Assembly: GCA_044866355.1 (NCBI GenBank)
Contig: JBIOTW010000091.1
Span: 1 to 62,545 of the forward strand
From: Candidatus Limnocylindria bacterium
GTDB taxonomy: Bacteria > Chloroflexota > Limnocylindria > QHBO01
Length of the DNA: 62,545 nucleotides
Direction: 5' to 3'
Below, in pieces: positions 35,542-44,698 of the stretch (the stretch's first letter is position 1; each line of letters opens with the position of its first letter). Under the pieces are notes generated by a model that was not told the DNA's origin, did not search any database, and was given only the letters and a program-made list of their open reading frames with translations. The translations under genes and the position numbers were made by a program.

Positions 35542-36858
35542 ATGAGACGCCGGCCGCGCCTGGCCGCCATAGTCATCGCCCTGGTGGTGGCGAGTTCGAC
35601 CCTGTTCGGCTCGTCCCTGACGGACCAGGCGTTCGGCGCTGACCCCCTCTCCGAAGCACAGGCCAACCAGCGCGCGCTCGAAGAGGCGTTGGCCAGCCAG
35701 CGCCAGGACCTGGCCAACCTCCGATCCCGATCGGCAAACCTCGAGCAGCTCCTGGCCGCGGCAGAGGCCGAGCTGTCTGCCGTCAGTGCCGAATACGAAC
35801 GGGTGGCCGGCCTGCTGGTCCAGGTCGAGGCCCAGATCGTCGAGGTCACCGCTCGCCTCGAGAAGCTCCGCGGCCGGATCGCCGCCCTGGATCAGCTCCT
35901 GGTCGCGCTCGCTGTCGAGATCGAGCGCCAGAAACATGATCTCGCGGTCCGCGAGGGGCTCCTCCAGGATCACTACCGCGACGCGTACGAGCGGAGCCAG
36001 ACCTCATTGCTCGAAGTTCTGCTGGCGGCCGACTCGTTCGAGGTCGTGGCCACTCAGGTTGGTTACCTGCTCACCATCTCCGAGCAGGATGCCGCCCTGG
36101 CGGACGAGATTCGGGAGATTCGGGCCACCCTCGAAACCAACCGAGCGTCGATGCGGGAGGGTCGCGCCGAGCTCGCTGACGCACGGGACCTCGAGCAGGC
36201 TGAGGCCGATCTTCTGGCCCAGCGGCAGGCCGAGCTGGCCTCCCTGAAGCTCCAGCTTGGCGAGCTCGTCATCCAGGCCGAGCAGAGGCGGCTGGCTCAG
36301 GCGGAGGCCCTGAACGCCGCGCTCGTGGCGCAGGGTGATGTCGAACGCCAGATCAAGGCCAACGAGGAGGCCGCGGCTGCAGCCAACGCTCTCGTCACGC
36401 GACTCATTGCCGAGTCGAACGCCCAGATCAGCTCGCGCGGCTTCCGCTGGCCAATGGACTGGTTCGTCGTCACCCAGGAGTGGGGACCGACGAACTTCGT
36501 CCTCGAGCCGCCCTACACCTTCAATGGGGTCTATTACCCGCACTTCCACGGCGGCATCGACATCGCCAACGGCTGCGGGACCCCGATCAAGGCTGCCGGA
36601 GCTGGCGTCGTCGTCGCGTCGGGCCAGCCGTTGTGGCCATGGGACACCGGGTTTGGCGTGGTCATCGATCATGGCGGCGGGGTCATGACCTGGTACTGGC
36701 ACCTGCGGGCCCAGGTCGTGGCATATCCCGGCCAGGGCGTTTCGCCCGGGGACGTCATCGGGTACGAGGGCAACACCGGATGGTCCACCGGGTGCCACCT
36801 CCACTTTGCGGTCAACGACCACGGGGTGTGGACCAACCCGCGCTGGTACCTGCCCTAA
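35542..36858 (+). CDS. M23 family metallopeptidase with N-terminal coiled coil (EnvC-like architecture)
   Basis: A signal/TM segment is followed by about 270 aa of heptad-like Q/A/E/L-rich sequence. The M23 motifs are HFHGGIDIA (HxxxD) and GCHLHFAV (HxH). Confidence 0.88.
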   Translation: MRRRPRLAAIVIALVVASSTLFGSSLTDQAFGADPLSEAQANQRALEEALASQRQDLANLRSRSANLEQLLAAAEAELSAVSAEYERVAGLLVQVEAQIVEVTARLEKLRGRIAALDQLLVALAVEIERQKHDLAVREGLLQDHYRDAYERSQTSLLEVLLAADSFEVVATQVGYLLTISEQDAALADEIREIRATLETNRASMREGRAELADARDLEQAEADLLAQRQAELASLKLQLGELVIQAEQRRLAQAEALNAALVAQGDVERQIKANEEAAAAANALVTRLIAESNAQISSRGFRWPMDWFVVTQEWGPTNFVLEPPYTFNGVYYPHFHGGIDIANGCGTPIKAAGAGVVVASGQPLWPWDTGFGVVIDHGGGVMTWYWHLRAQVVAYPGQGVSPGDVIGYEGNTGWSTGCHLHFAVNDHGVWTNPRWYLP

Positions 36859-36871
36859 CCGATTCCCGCGG

Positions 36872-38974
36872 TCAGCCGGTCCCGGTAGCCACCTTACCGA
36901 TGCCGACCACGGGTCGGTACAGCTGGTCGACGTACTCGGCCAGCACCCGTTCCGCGCTGAAGCGGGTCAGCCCGGTCGCGAGCGCGGCGCGCATGAAGCC
37001 GATCCACTGGTGTGGCAGCTCGTCTGCGTCGCGATCGAAGTAGGTCGGGACCACCTCGCTCTCCAGGGTGTGATACAGCGACTCGGCATCGGCGGCATCG
37101 GTATGACCGGTGAAGTCATCTGACCGATGTCCGATGGCCCAACCATTGGCGCCGTCGTAGGCCTCGTCCCACCAGCCGTCGAGAATGCTCAGAGACGGCA
37201 CGCCGTTCAGCGCCGCCTTCATCCCGGACGTGCCGGACGCCTCATGGGGCCGGCGTGGCGTGTTGAGCCACAGGTCGACGCCCGCCACCAGGAAGCGGGC
37301 GATCCGCAGGTCGTAGTCCTCGATGAAGAAGATGCGGCCCGCGGTGCCGACACGGCGGGAGGCCTCGACCACCCGTCCCAAGACTGCCCGCCCGAATTCG
37401 TCGGCTGGATGGGCCTTGCCGGCGAAGATGATCTGCACCGGCCAATCGGGGTTGGACAGCAGGTTCGACAGCCGATGCATGTCCCCCAGCACGAGATCGG
37501 CGCGCTTGTAGGTCGCGAACCGACGCGCAAACCCGATCATCAGGGCCTTGGGGTCCAGGGCGCCCGCCAGGTCGCCAACCGATTCCGGGGCCACGCCGTG
37601 GCGCACGGCCTGACGGGTCAGGCGTCCCCCGAGGAAATCGATCATCTGCCGCTTCTGCTCGGAATGGGCCTCCCACAGATCGCGATCTGTGATGGTTGCC
37701 AGGTCGCGGCGCGCGAGCGCGACGCGCATCGGCTCCGCCTGCCAGGTCGGCACGTGGACTCCGTTGGTTACGGCCCTGACCTCGCGCCCGATGTACTTCC
37801 GCCAGGTATGGGTTGCCGTGCGGCCGTGGAGCTGGCTGACCGCATTCACGGCGGCCGCCTGCCGCAAGCCGAACGCTGTGAGGTCGAAGTCCTCGGGCCA
37901 CGCGCCGTCCGGGCCGCTGCCCAATCTCATCATGCCTTCCGGACTCAGGTCGATGGCGGCGGCGGGCAGGGCCAGGAGCTCGGCGGCGAGAGCGGGATCG
38001 TATCGCTCGTTGCCGGCCGGGACGGGCGTGTGCAGGGTCATGACGACGCCACGCCCAGCCTGCTGAAGGGCGGCCTCCCCGTCCTCCTCGGGCTGTGCCA
38101 GTCGAGCCGCGCGCGCCCGTTCGAAGAGGACCAGCGCCGAGTGGCCCTCGTTGAGGTGCCAGATGGTGGGCTGGATACCCAGCTCGTGGAGCGCGCGCGC
38201 GGCACCAATGCCCAGCAGCAGCTCCTGGGTCAGCCTGGTCCGGCGGTCGGCGACGTACAGCTGGTCGGTGATCCGTCGATCGTCGAGCTGGTTGGCCTCC
38301 ATGTCGGCGTCCAGGAGGAGGAGCGGCACGCGTCCGACCTGGGCTACCCAGACGCCCAGCAACACGTCGCGTCCGGGGAGCTCGACCGAAACCTCGAGCG
38401 GCAACCCATCGGCGTTCGCGGCTTTCCGAAGCGGAAGGTCGGCGGGGTCCATGTCCGGCTCGAGCGGCTGCTGGCGACCCTCGGCATCGATCTGCTGCCG
38501 GAAATAGCCGTGATGGTAGAAAGGCCCCACCGCGATCATCGGCAAGCGGGCATCGGATGCGGCCTTGCACAGGTCACCGGCCAGCACGCCCAGGCCACCC
38601 GAATAGACCGGGAGCGACTCGTGGAGCGCGAATTCGGCGCACAGGTAGGCGATGGGCCCGGCCAGATCCTCCCCGATGCCTGGCGTGGCGTCGTCCAGAT
38701 CGGCGTGCAGGCGATCCACCAGCGCCTGCGTGTCCGCGACAAAGCGTGCGTCATTGGCGAGCTGCGACCATCGGTCGCCATCGGTCTGGCGGAGAAGGGT
38801 GATGGGATTCCGGGTGCGCGCCCAGGTCTGCGGATCGATCCGCGAGAAGAGGCGGAGGGCATCCGGATGCCAGCTCCACCACAGGTTCTCCGCCAGCTCG
38901 CGGATGCCCCCAAGACCGGGTGGATGAGGCAGGTCCGCGCGGTCGAGGGATGGGACCCGGACGGGGGCAGCCAT
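36872..38974 (-). CDS. glgP: alpha-glucan (glycogen) phosphorylase family protein
   Basis: NLWWSWHPDA, YLCAEFALHESLPVYSGGLGVLAGD and the PLP-lysine motif EASGTSGMKAALNG. Confidence 0.9.
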   Translation of the reverse strand: MAAPVRVPSLDRADLPHPPGLGGIRELAENLWWSWHPDALRLFSRIDPQTWARTRNPITLLRQTDGDRWSQLANDARFVADTQALVDRLHADLDDATPGIGEDLAGPIAYLCAEFALHESLPVYSGGLGVLAGDLCKAASDARLPMIAVGPFYHHGYFRQQIDAEGRQQPLEPDMDPADLPLRKAANADGLPLEVSVELPGRDVLLGVWVAQVGRVPLLLLDADMEANQLDDRRITDQLYVADRRTRLTQELLLGIGAARALHELGIQPTIWHLNEGHSALVLFERARAARLAQPEEDGEAALQQAGRGVVMTLHTPVPAGNERYDPALAAELLALPAAAIDLSPEGMMRLGSGPDGAWPEDFDLTAFGLRQAAAVNAVSQLHGRTATHTWRKYIGREVRAVTNGVHVPTWQAEPMRVALARRDLATITDRDLWEAHSEQKRQMIDFLGGRLTRQAVRHGVAPESVGDLAGALDPKALMIGFARRFATYKRADLVLGDMHRLSNLLSNPDWPVQIIFAGKAHPADEFGRAVLGRVVEASRRVGTAGRIFFIEDYDLRIARFLVAGVDLWLNTPRRPHEASGTSGMKAALNGVPSLSILDGWWDEAYDGANGWAIGHRSDDFTGHTDAADAESLYHTLESEVVPTYFDRDADELPHQWIGFMRAALATGLTRFSAERVLAEYVDQLYRPVVGIGKVATGTG

Positions 38975-39043
38975 GGCGCGGGATGATATCGGTCAGACGA
39001 CTGTTGCGATTGTTTGCAACGCGGTACGCTAGGCGCCCCCCTG

Positions 39044-42000
39044 ATGGACGGCTACTCGGTCAACGAGGCGGCGGCTGTCCTCGGCATCCCGGAGGGACGG
39101 GTCTGGGAGCTGCTGGCTCGCGGCGTCCTCGCTGGGTCTACCGAGGTTGGTGGCGACATGCGCGTATTTCTGCGCGCTGCAACCGCGCCGCCCGTCCCCA
39201 CGCCTACCACGAATGGTGGTGCACGCGGACCGAACGGCGGGCCAAACGGCGGCGAGGTCTCCGCGTTCCGTGAGCTGCTGACCGAATTTCGCAACCTCAC
39301 CGAGCGATACGGCCAGGCCCTTCTGGCGCTGGGCGAAGCTCGCGGCGAAGTGGCTTCGCTGCGGGGTCGGGTTGAGCTGCTGGAAGCCCGCGTCGAGCTT
39401 CGCCTGCCACGCGTCGATGCACCGATGGCGCACTGGGAAGCTGCTCCTCGGCCTGAGCCCGAGCCTGAGGCGTCGCCTCCGCCCATTCCTGCAGCGGTCG
39501 CCCCGATGCCCGCCGAGGCGGCGCCCGAGCCTGAAGCCGTGTCCCTCGAGCCCGAGCCCGTAACCCTCGAGCCCGAACCGGTGTCCCTCGAGCCCGAGCC
39601 GGTGTCCCTCAGTGCGGATGAAGCCGATGTAGCCAATGTAGGCGATGAGACCGGTGAGGCCGCCACGCCCGAATCCACCACGGAACCAATCGCTGACATC
39701 CCGACACGGCCCGCCCAACGATCGCGCAGAGCGCGCCGTAAGGCGCCGCGCTCGAGTTCCAGGAATCAATCCCGCGTCGCGGTATCTGGTCTCGCCGAAG
39801 CGCTGGCTCGCGCCGACGATCCGACTCGTGTCCTCCCAAGCGAGGGGCCCCTGCCCGGAGCCGATGAGGCGGCCGAAGCGTTGGCGGCTTATCAACAGGA
39901 GTTAACGGCTCCAGCGGCGTCGACGTCGACCATCGAGGAGCTGATCGAAGAGCCGATGACGGCGGATCAGCACGAGCCGGTGGCACTGATGGAAGAGGCG
40001 GTGCCCATGGAGGAGCTCGCGCCAGAGCCGATCGCCGAAGTGCAGGCGGAACAGCCGCCGATCACGGAAGAGCTTGCGCCGGAACCGATGACGGCGGAGG
40101 CGACCATTGATGAGCCGACGATCGCCCAAGCGATAACGCCGAAGCCGATGACCGCAGACGCTGTGATTGCAGAGGCGCCAATCATTGAGGAGCCGCCGAT
40201 CACTGAGGAGCTCGAGCCGGAGCCCATTGCGGCAGAGGCGGTCACCGAGGAGCCGCCGATCACGGAGGAGCCCGAGCCCGAGCCGCCGATCGCGGAGGAG
40301 CCCGAGCCCGAGCCGGTGATCGCGGAGGCGCTCGAGCCCGAGCCGGTGATCGCGGAGGAGCTCGAGCCCGAGCCACTTGCGGCAGAGGCCGTCACCGAGG
40401 AGCCGCCGATCACGGAGGAGCTCGAACCCGAGCCGGTGATCGCGGAAGCGCTGACCAAACCGATGCCTGAGGAGCTCGAGCCCGAGCCACTTGCGGCGGA
40501 GGCTGTCACCGAGGAGCCGCCGATCGCGGAGGAGCCCGAGCCCGAGCCACTTGCGGCGGAGACCGTCACCGAAGAGCCGCCGATTACTGAAGAGCTCGAG
40601 CCCGAGCCGGTGACCGCGGAAGCGCAGATCGACGAGCCGCGGACCGAAACACCGCTGGTCAGTGAGGAGCCTGTTGCGGAAGAGCCGTCAGAACCGCCGA
40701 CCCAGGCACCTCCCGAGGCGGCGGCACCGGTTGAGCGAGTAGAACCCATTCGACCGGCGCCCACCGCGCCGACGGTATCGGCAACACCAATCGCGAGGTC
40801 CGAACCTGTGTTCATTCGACCCGGCTACAGCACCGAGACTCCGGAGCCAGACTGGATCGCTGAAGAGGATCTGGTCGTTCCATCAAGCGCGGCGCTGGCA
40901 ATCGGTGCCTCCGAAGCCTCCACCGTGGCGGTCCTCGAGCGCTCATCCGAGTCCGAGGTGACCGAAGCCGATGAGGGTGCATTGGTCGAGGTCGGCGTCG
41001 AACCGCTCGAAGACGAGGCTTCCGTTGTCGGGATCGAAGCCCGGGACGCCGAAGCCGCACCTGGCGACGGAGACGCGAGCCAGACCGAAGAGCCGTCCGC
41101 CCAGCCAGATGTCACGGACGAAGCCTCCTCCGTTTTCGACCAGGAAGAGACAGTCGCGACCGTCGAGGAACCGATAGAGCCGAGTCCATCGTCCGCGGTA
41201 GCAGTCCCCATCACGGCTGAAGGATGGCCGGAGCCGGCAGCCCATCTCGAACAAGAGCAGCGTGCCTTCGCCGGGGTCCCGCCGGAGCTTGCGGCTGAGC
41301 CGCCAGCTCGTGAGGACGCGAATCTTTTGGAGGGCCGAGATCGGTTCCTGGGGCCGCCAATCGTGCCGAATGAGCCGGCCTTTTGGGAACCAGAGGGTCG
41401 TTCTCGGGCACCGTTCGCGCTTCCAAACCTAGAAGGTTGGGAGCCCTCCGAGATCGAGGCCCTGCGCGCGGAGCTCACACGCTACCGGACTGACTCGTCA
41501 TCGCCGACCGCGGGCTTCACGCCATCGTCGGTGCGCCCTCGGCCGAGGAGCGACGTCCCCACGTACTCGACCGTCCCGGAGGCTGTGCCGCCTCCGGCCG
41601 AGCTGCCTCCGGCCGAGCCGCCTCCGGCCGAGCCGCCTCCGGCCGAGCCACCTCCGGCCTCGCCGCCGCCACTAGCAACGCCGCCGCGCTCTACTCGGTG
41701 GCGCGCTACTCGGCCGCCCGCTGCCGCGCTGCCACCGGCTGCCGCGCTGCCACAGGCTGCCGCGCCGCCACCGGCTGCCGCGCCGACACCGGCTGCGGCG
41801 CCGTCACCGGCTGCCGCGTCCCAACCCGCCGCCCCGCACAAGGCCGCAGCACCGGTCGATGAGCCTGGGCCCGCGGTGAACGACGCCCGATCGGATCAGG
41901 CCGGCCTGCCCTCGCGGCCCGCGGCTTCCGCCTCTGCCGGTGTGTCTCCCCGGGCCACCGCGCAGCCACCGGCAAGCCCCAGGCCACCCGGCTCGGGTCC

Positions 42001-42070
42001 CCCCAGGCGCCCTCGGCGGCGAGGAGGGGCATTCCGCGCCGTCCGGACGTTGCGACGCCTGCTGGGCTGA
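39044..42070 (+). CDS. HTH-domain protein with coiled coil and about 800 aa of acidic Pro/Glu/Ala-rich tandem repeats
   Basis: The N-terminus YSVNEAAAVLGIPEGRVWELLARGVLAG is a MerR/excisionase-like HTH. A predicted coiled coil follows (FRELLTEFRNLTERYGQALLALGEARGEVASLRGRVELLEARVEL). Repeats come next and the C-terminus is basic. The start is ATG 39044 or TTG 39014. Confidence 0.7.
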   Translation: MDGYSVNEAAAVLGIPEGRVWELLARGVLAGSTEVGGDMRVFLRAATAPPVPTPTTNGGARGPNGGPNGGEVSAFRELLTEFRNLTERYGQALLALGEARGEVASLRGRVELLEARVELRLPRVDAPMAHWEAAPRPEPEPEASPPPIPAAVAPMPAEAAPEPEAVSLEPEPVTLEPEPVSLEPEPVSLSADEADVANVGDETGEAATPESTTEPIADIPTRPAQRSRRARRKAPRSSSRNQSRVAVSGLAEALARADDPTRVLPSEGPLPGADEAAEALAAYQQELTAPAASTSTIEELIEEPMTADQHEPVALMEEAVPMEELAPEPIAEVQAEQPPITEELAPEPMTAEATIDEPTIAQAITPKPMTADAVIAEAPIIEEPPITEELEPEPIAAEAVTEEPPITEEPEPEPPIAEEPEPEPVIAEALEPEPVIAEELEPEPLAAEAVTEEPPITEELEPEPVIAEALTKPMPEELEPEPLAAEAVTEEPPIAEEPEPEPLAAETVTEEPPITEELEPEPVTAEAQIDEPRTETPLVSEEPVAEEPSEPPTQAPPEAAAPVERVEPIRPAPTAPTVSATPIARSEPVFIRPGYSTETPEPDWIAEEDLVVPSSAALAIGASEASTVAVLERSSESEVTEADEGALVEVGVEPLEDEASVVGIEARDAEAAPGDGDASQTEEPSAQPDVTDEASSVFDQEETVATVEEPIEPSPSSAVAVPITAEGWPEPAAHLEQEQRAFAGVPPELAAEPPAREDANLLEGRDRFLGPPIVPNEPAFWEPEGRSRAPFALPNLEGWEPSEIEALRAELTRYRTDSSSPTAGFTPSSVRPRPRSDVPTYSTVPEAVPPPAELPPAEPPPAEPPPAEPPPASPPPLATPPRSTRWRATRPPAAALPPAAALPQAAAPPPAAAPTPAAAPSPAAASQPAAPHKAAAPVDEPGPAVNDARSDQAGLPSRPAASASAGVSPRATAQPPASPRPPGSGPPRRPRRRGGAFRAVRTLRRLLG
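39539..39610 (+). repeat. in-frame 21-nt tandem repeat (VSLEPEP), 3.4 copies
   Basis: GTGTCCCTCGAGCCCGAGCCC-type units at 39539, 39560, 39581 and 39602. Confidence 0.9.
40187..40625 (+). repeat. imperfect in-frame repeats encoding EE(L/P)EPEP(V/L)(I/A)AEA(VT)EEPPIT
   Basis: Repeated GAGGAGCCGCCGATCAC and GAGCTCGAGCCCGAGCC blocks, read directly. Confidence 0.85.
41721..41819 (+). repeat. in-frame 18-nt tandem repeat, about 5.5 copies (AAALPP/AAAPTP ...)
   Basis: GCTGCCGCGCTGCCACCG-type units at 41721, 41739, 41757, 41775, 41793 and 41811. A 15-nt PPAEP repeat lies just upstream at 41588-41660. Confidence 0.9.
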
Positions 42071-42092
42071 CGCTGCCTGACGCGGCGCGTCC

Positions 42093-42578
42093 GTGACCCG
42101 AATCCCGCCCCTCGGGTTTCGCGGCGAGGGTTGGGTCGTCATCCAGATCGCGCTGATTCTCGTCATCGCCATCGCCGGCGCGCTGGCGCTGCCTTCAGCC
42201 ATCCAGGGCTTCGCCGATGGCTGGCCACTCATGCTGCTTGGCCTGGCCGCGATGGTCTTCGGCGGATGGCTCGTCTGGTCGGGCACGCGTGGCCTCGGAG
42301 ACAGCTTCACTGCGCTGCCGCGTCCCCATGACGACGCAACCCTGATCCAGGACGGCCCCTACGCGCGGATCCGCCACCCGATCTATGCCGGCGTCATGTG
42401 TCTGAGCCTGGGATGGGCCGTGGCGACTCGCAGTCTCCCGGCATTGGTCGCGGCCCTGGCGCTCGCCCTGGTGCTCGACCTCAAGGCGCGTCGCGAGGAG
42501 GTCTGGCTGGCAGAGCGATACCCCGACTACCACGATTACCGCTCGCGTACGCACCGCTTCGTCCCTGGGGTGTACTGA
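42093..42578 (+). CDS. isoprenylcysteine carboxyl / phospholipid methyltransferase family membrane protein
   Basis: GPYARIRHPIYAGVMCL ... EEVWLAERYPDYHDYRSRTHRFVPGV. Confidence 0.8.
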   Translation: MTRIPPLGFRGEGWVVIQIALILVIAIAGALALPSAIQGFADGWPLMLLGLAAMVFGGWLVWSGTRGLGDSFTALPRPHDDATLIQDGPYARIRHPIYAGVMCLSLGWAVATRSLPALVAALALALVLDLKARREEVWLAERYPDYHDYRSRTHRFVPGVY

Positions 42579-42609
42579 GCCCGGCGCCCCGGGTGGTTAC
42601 CATCGGTCC

Positions 42610-43206
42610 ATGCCGGAGTACGACTCTCGAACCGCCCTCCTGGTCGTGGACGTGCAGAACGACTTCGCCGATCCATCGGGCAGCCTGAGCGTCCGAGGCG
42701 GGGAGGAGGTGATTCCGCGCCTCAACGACGAGATTCGGCGAGCACGGGAATCCGGGGCTGCGGTCATCTACACCCAGGATTGGCACCCCATGTCGACGCC
42801 ACATTTCGCCAAGGATGGAGGGACCTGGCCGGTGCACTGCGTGGCAAACACGTGGGGCGCGGCATTCCATCCCGACCTGGTGGTGGCCGGCCCCTCGGTC
42901 CGCAAGGGCAGCAACGGGGAGGACGGCTACTCGGGATTCACGATGCGCGACCCGGTCACGGCTGAGGAACGACCCACCGAGTTGGAGGCCATGCTCCAGC
43001 ATCGCGGCGTGGCGCGGGTGGTGATCGGGGGGCTGGCCACCGATTACTGTGTCCGGGCCACGACGTTGGATGCCCTCGATCGCGGGCTGGCGGTCACCGT
43101 CTTGACCGATGCGGTGGCCGCGGTCGATCTGGAGCCGGACGATGGTGCGCGGGCCCTCGACGAGGTCCGGGAGGCCGGCGCCGAGCTGGGTACGACCGGA
43201 GCGTGA
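42610..43206 (+). CDS. pncA: nicotinamidase/pyrazinamidase (isochorismatase family)
   Basis: ALLVVDVQNDFADPSGSL, YTQDWHP and GGLATDYCV (catalytic Cys). Confidence 0.88.
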   Translation: MPEYDSRTALLVVDVQNDFADPSGSLSVRGGEEVIPRLNDEIRRARESGAAVIYTQDWHPMSTPHFAKDGGTWPVHCVANTWGAAFHPDLVVAGPSVRKGSNGEDGYSGFTMRDPVTAEERPTELEAMLQHRGVARVVIGGLATDYCVRATTLDALDRGLAVTVLTDAVAAVDLEPDDGARALDEVREAGAELGTTGA

Positions 43207-43931
43207 GCACAGGCGCAGGCGGTGCGGATACGAGCGCCGGCGCAGCGGTCCTGGGGTTGCCGGCGCGCCGACTCGGAAACGGGCTCGTGGCCTTTGGCAC
43301 GATCGGCCTCGTCCTGACCACGATCATGACCATCGCCTGGCTGGCGGGTCTGCTCGCCATCCGGGACCTCGACGAGCGACTCGAGGCGGACCGCCAATCG
43401 ACCGCGGCCGCCCTGGCCGACGCCGCTGCCCTGATGGCGACCAGCTCGTCCGCACTGCGGAGCAGCGCCGATTCGCTGGGCAGCGTGGGCGCCACCCTCG
43501 CCGACAGCGCCCGACTGCTCGATTCGCTGTCTTCCACCACCGCCGATCTGGCCGATGCCCTGGACGTCACCTTTCTCGGGCAGCAGCCCTTCGCGGACCT
43601 CGGCGCCTCCTTCGACGACGTCTCGGTCGACCTGGAACGAGTGGCGAGGCATACCGACCTCCTCGTGGATGAGGTCGGACAGGTGAGGCCGGACCTCCAG
43701 TCCGCGGCGGTGGAACTCCGCGCCGTGGAAGCGTCCGTGTCCGCGCTCGCGCTCCGCGTCAGCGACTTTGGAGGGGTCGAGGATCTGGTCGGCCTGGTCC
43801 GTGGATACGGCCTGCTGTCGGCCCTCATCTCGGCCTGGCTGGCCACTTTGGCCGCGGGATGCATCTGGGCCGGACGCCAGCTTCAGCGGGCCGGAGAAAG
43901 CCTCAGCGCCGGGACCATCCCCACCAGCTGA
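43203..43931 (+). CDS. membrane protein with helical extracytoplasmic region, unknown function
   Basis: GTG overlaps the pncA stop (GTGA at 43203-43206). An N-terminal and a C-terminal TM helix flank an A/L/S/D-rich helical segment. Confidence 0.6.
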   Translation: MSTGAGGADTSAGAAVLGLPARRLGNGLVAFGTIGLVLTTIMTIAWLAGLLAIRDLDERLEADRQSTAAALADAAALMATSSSALRSSADSLGSVGATLADSARLLDSLSSTTADLADALDVTFLGQQPFADLGASFDDVSVDLERVARHTDLLVDEVGQVRPDLQSAAVELRAVEASVSALALRVSDFGGVEDLVGLVRGYGLLSALISAWLATLAAGCIWAGRQLQRAGESLSAGTIPTS

Positions 43932-44076
43932 GGGCGGTCCCGCAGAGCACCGCAACCGCGCCGATCACAACCCAGATCTGGCTCCCGGTCATGAAGCTCG
44001 CCGAGACGATCACGTTCAGGCCCTGGAGGATCCAGATCGTACCCGCAACGGCTATCAACGCTCCGACAATGGTCAT
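43903..44076 (-). CDS. small two-helix membrane protein (57 aa)
   Basis: MTIVGALIAVAGTIWILQGL ... IWVVIGAVAVLCGTALSWWGW. The SD is weak, and its 3' end overlaps the convergent gene by 29 nt. Confidence 0.35.
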   Translation of the reverse strand: MTIVGALIAVAGTIWILQGLNVIVSASFMTGSQIWVVIGAVAVLCGTALSWWGWSRR

Positions 44077-44260
44077 GGCCACCGGACGCACACCCGGATG
44101 GTAGACTCTTGGCCGTTCCGGACTGCTCGTCCGGGGTCCAGCCTTTCCCTCCCCTCCCACCACGGTTGTTTCGTCGGCACACGGGGTAGTGGCAAGACCC
44201 GTGGCCGGTACACCGAGCGAGCGCGAACCGGATGGTTCAACTCTTAGTGGGAGGTCCAGG

Positions 44261-44593
44261 GTGACCTATTCTGACCAGGTCCTTGCGTGTGTTGACTGCG
44301 GGACCGAATTCGTCTTCTCCGCATCGGAGCAGAGCTTCTTTGCTGAGAAAGGCTTCACGTCGCCGCCCAAGCGGTGTCCGTCGTGTCGTGCGCAGCGTCG
44401 CGCGTCGGGTGGATACGGGGCCAGCAGCTACGGCTCCGGCGGTGGCTACGGTGGCGGTTCATACGACCGTGGCCCTCGTGAGATGCACGACGCGGTCTGC
44501 GCGCGGTGTGGCAAGGACACGCAGGTGCCCTTCAAGCCAACCGGCACGCGGCCGGTGTACTGCAGCGACTGCTTCCGCCTCGTTCGCGGATAG
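44261..44593 (+). CDS. zinc-ribbon protein with two CxxC pairs per half and a Gly/Tyr/Ser-rich linker
   Basis: GTG 44261 follows GGGAGG. CVDCGTEFVF ... KRCPSCR, then GGYGASSYGSGGGYGGGSYDRG, then CARCGKDTQVPFKPTGTRPVYCSDCF. Confidence 0.7.
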   Translation: MTYSDQVLACVDCGTEFVFSASEQSFFAEKGFTSPPKRCPSCRAQRRASGGYGASSYGSGGGYGGGSYDRGPREMHDAVCARCGKDTQVPFKPTGTRPVYCSDCFRLVRG

Positions 44594-44600
44594 ACCGATG

Positions 44601-44660
44601 GTGCCGGCTCCGGCCGGCACGATCACCAACGGCGGCGCCCTCAGGGGCGCCGCTTTCCTT
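44601..44660 (+). terminator. tandem hairpins, the second with a T-tract
   Basis: GTGCCGGC-TCCG-GCCGGCAC (44601-44620). GCGGCGCCC-TCAG-GGGCGCCGC (44632-44653) is followed by TTTCCTT. Confidence 0.55.
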
Positions 44661-44698
44661 ATGGTCACGTATCAGCACGATCGCGCCCGGTGGGTATC

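Noticed and set aside
34024-35973. A 649-aa minus-strand ORF
   Set aside because: It is antisense to yihY and the M23 peptidase N-terminus, with low-complexity Arg/Gly/Asp/Gln composition. The sense genes have family motifs.
37127-38986. A 619-aa plus-strand ORF
   Set aside because: It is antisense to glgP, which has the PLP-lysine motif EASGTSGMKAALNG.
39967-40815. A 282-aa Ser/Gly-rich minus-strand ORF
   Set aside because: It is the mirror image of the Glu/Pro repeat region. The plus strand has an N-terminal HTH, a sensible start and fits the flanking gene organisation.
39539-41819. Tandem repeat arrays as a possible CRISPR or other non-coding array
   Set aside because: Repeat periods are multiples of 3 (15, 18, 21, 33-36 nt) and contiguous without spacers. 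They stay in frame within one long ORF, so they are coding low-complexity repeats.
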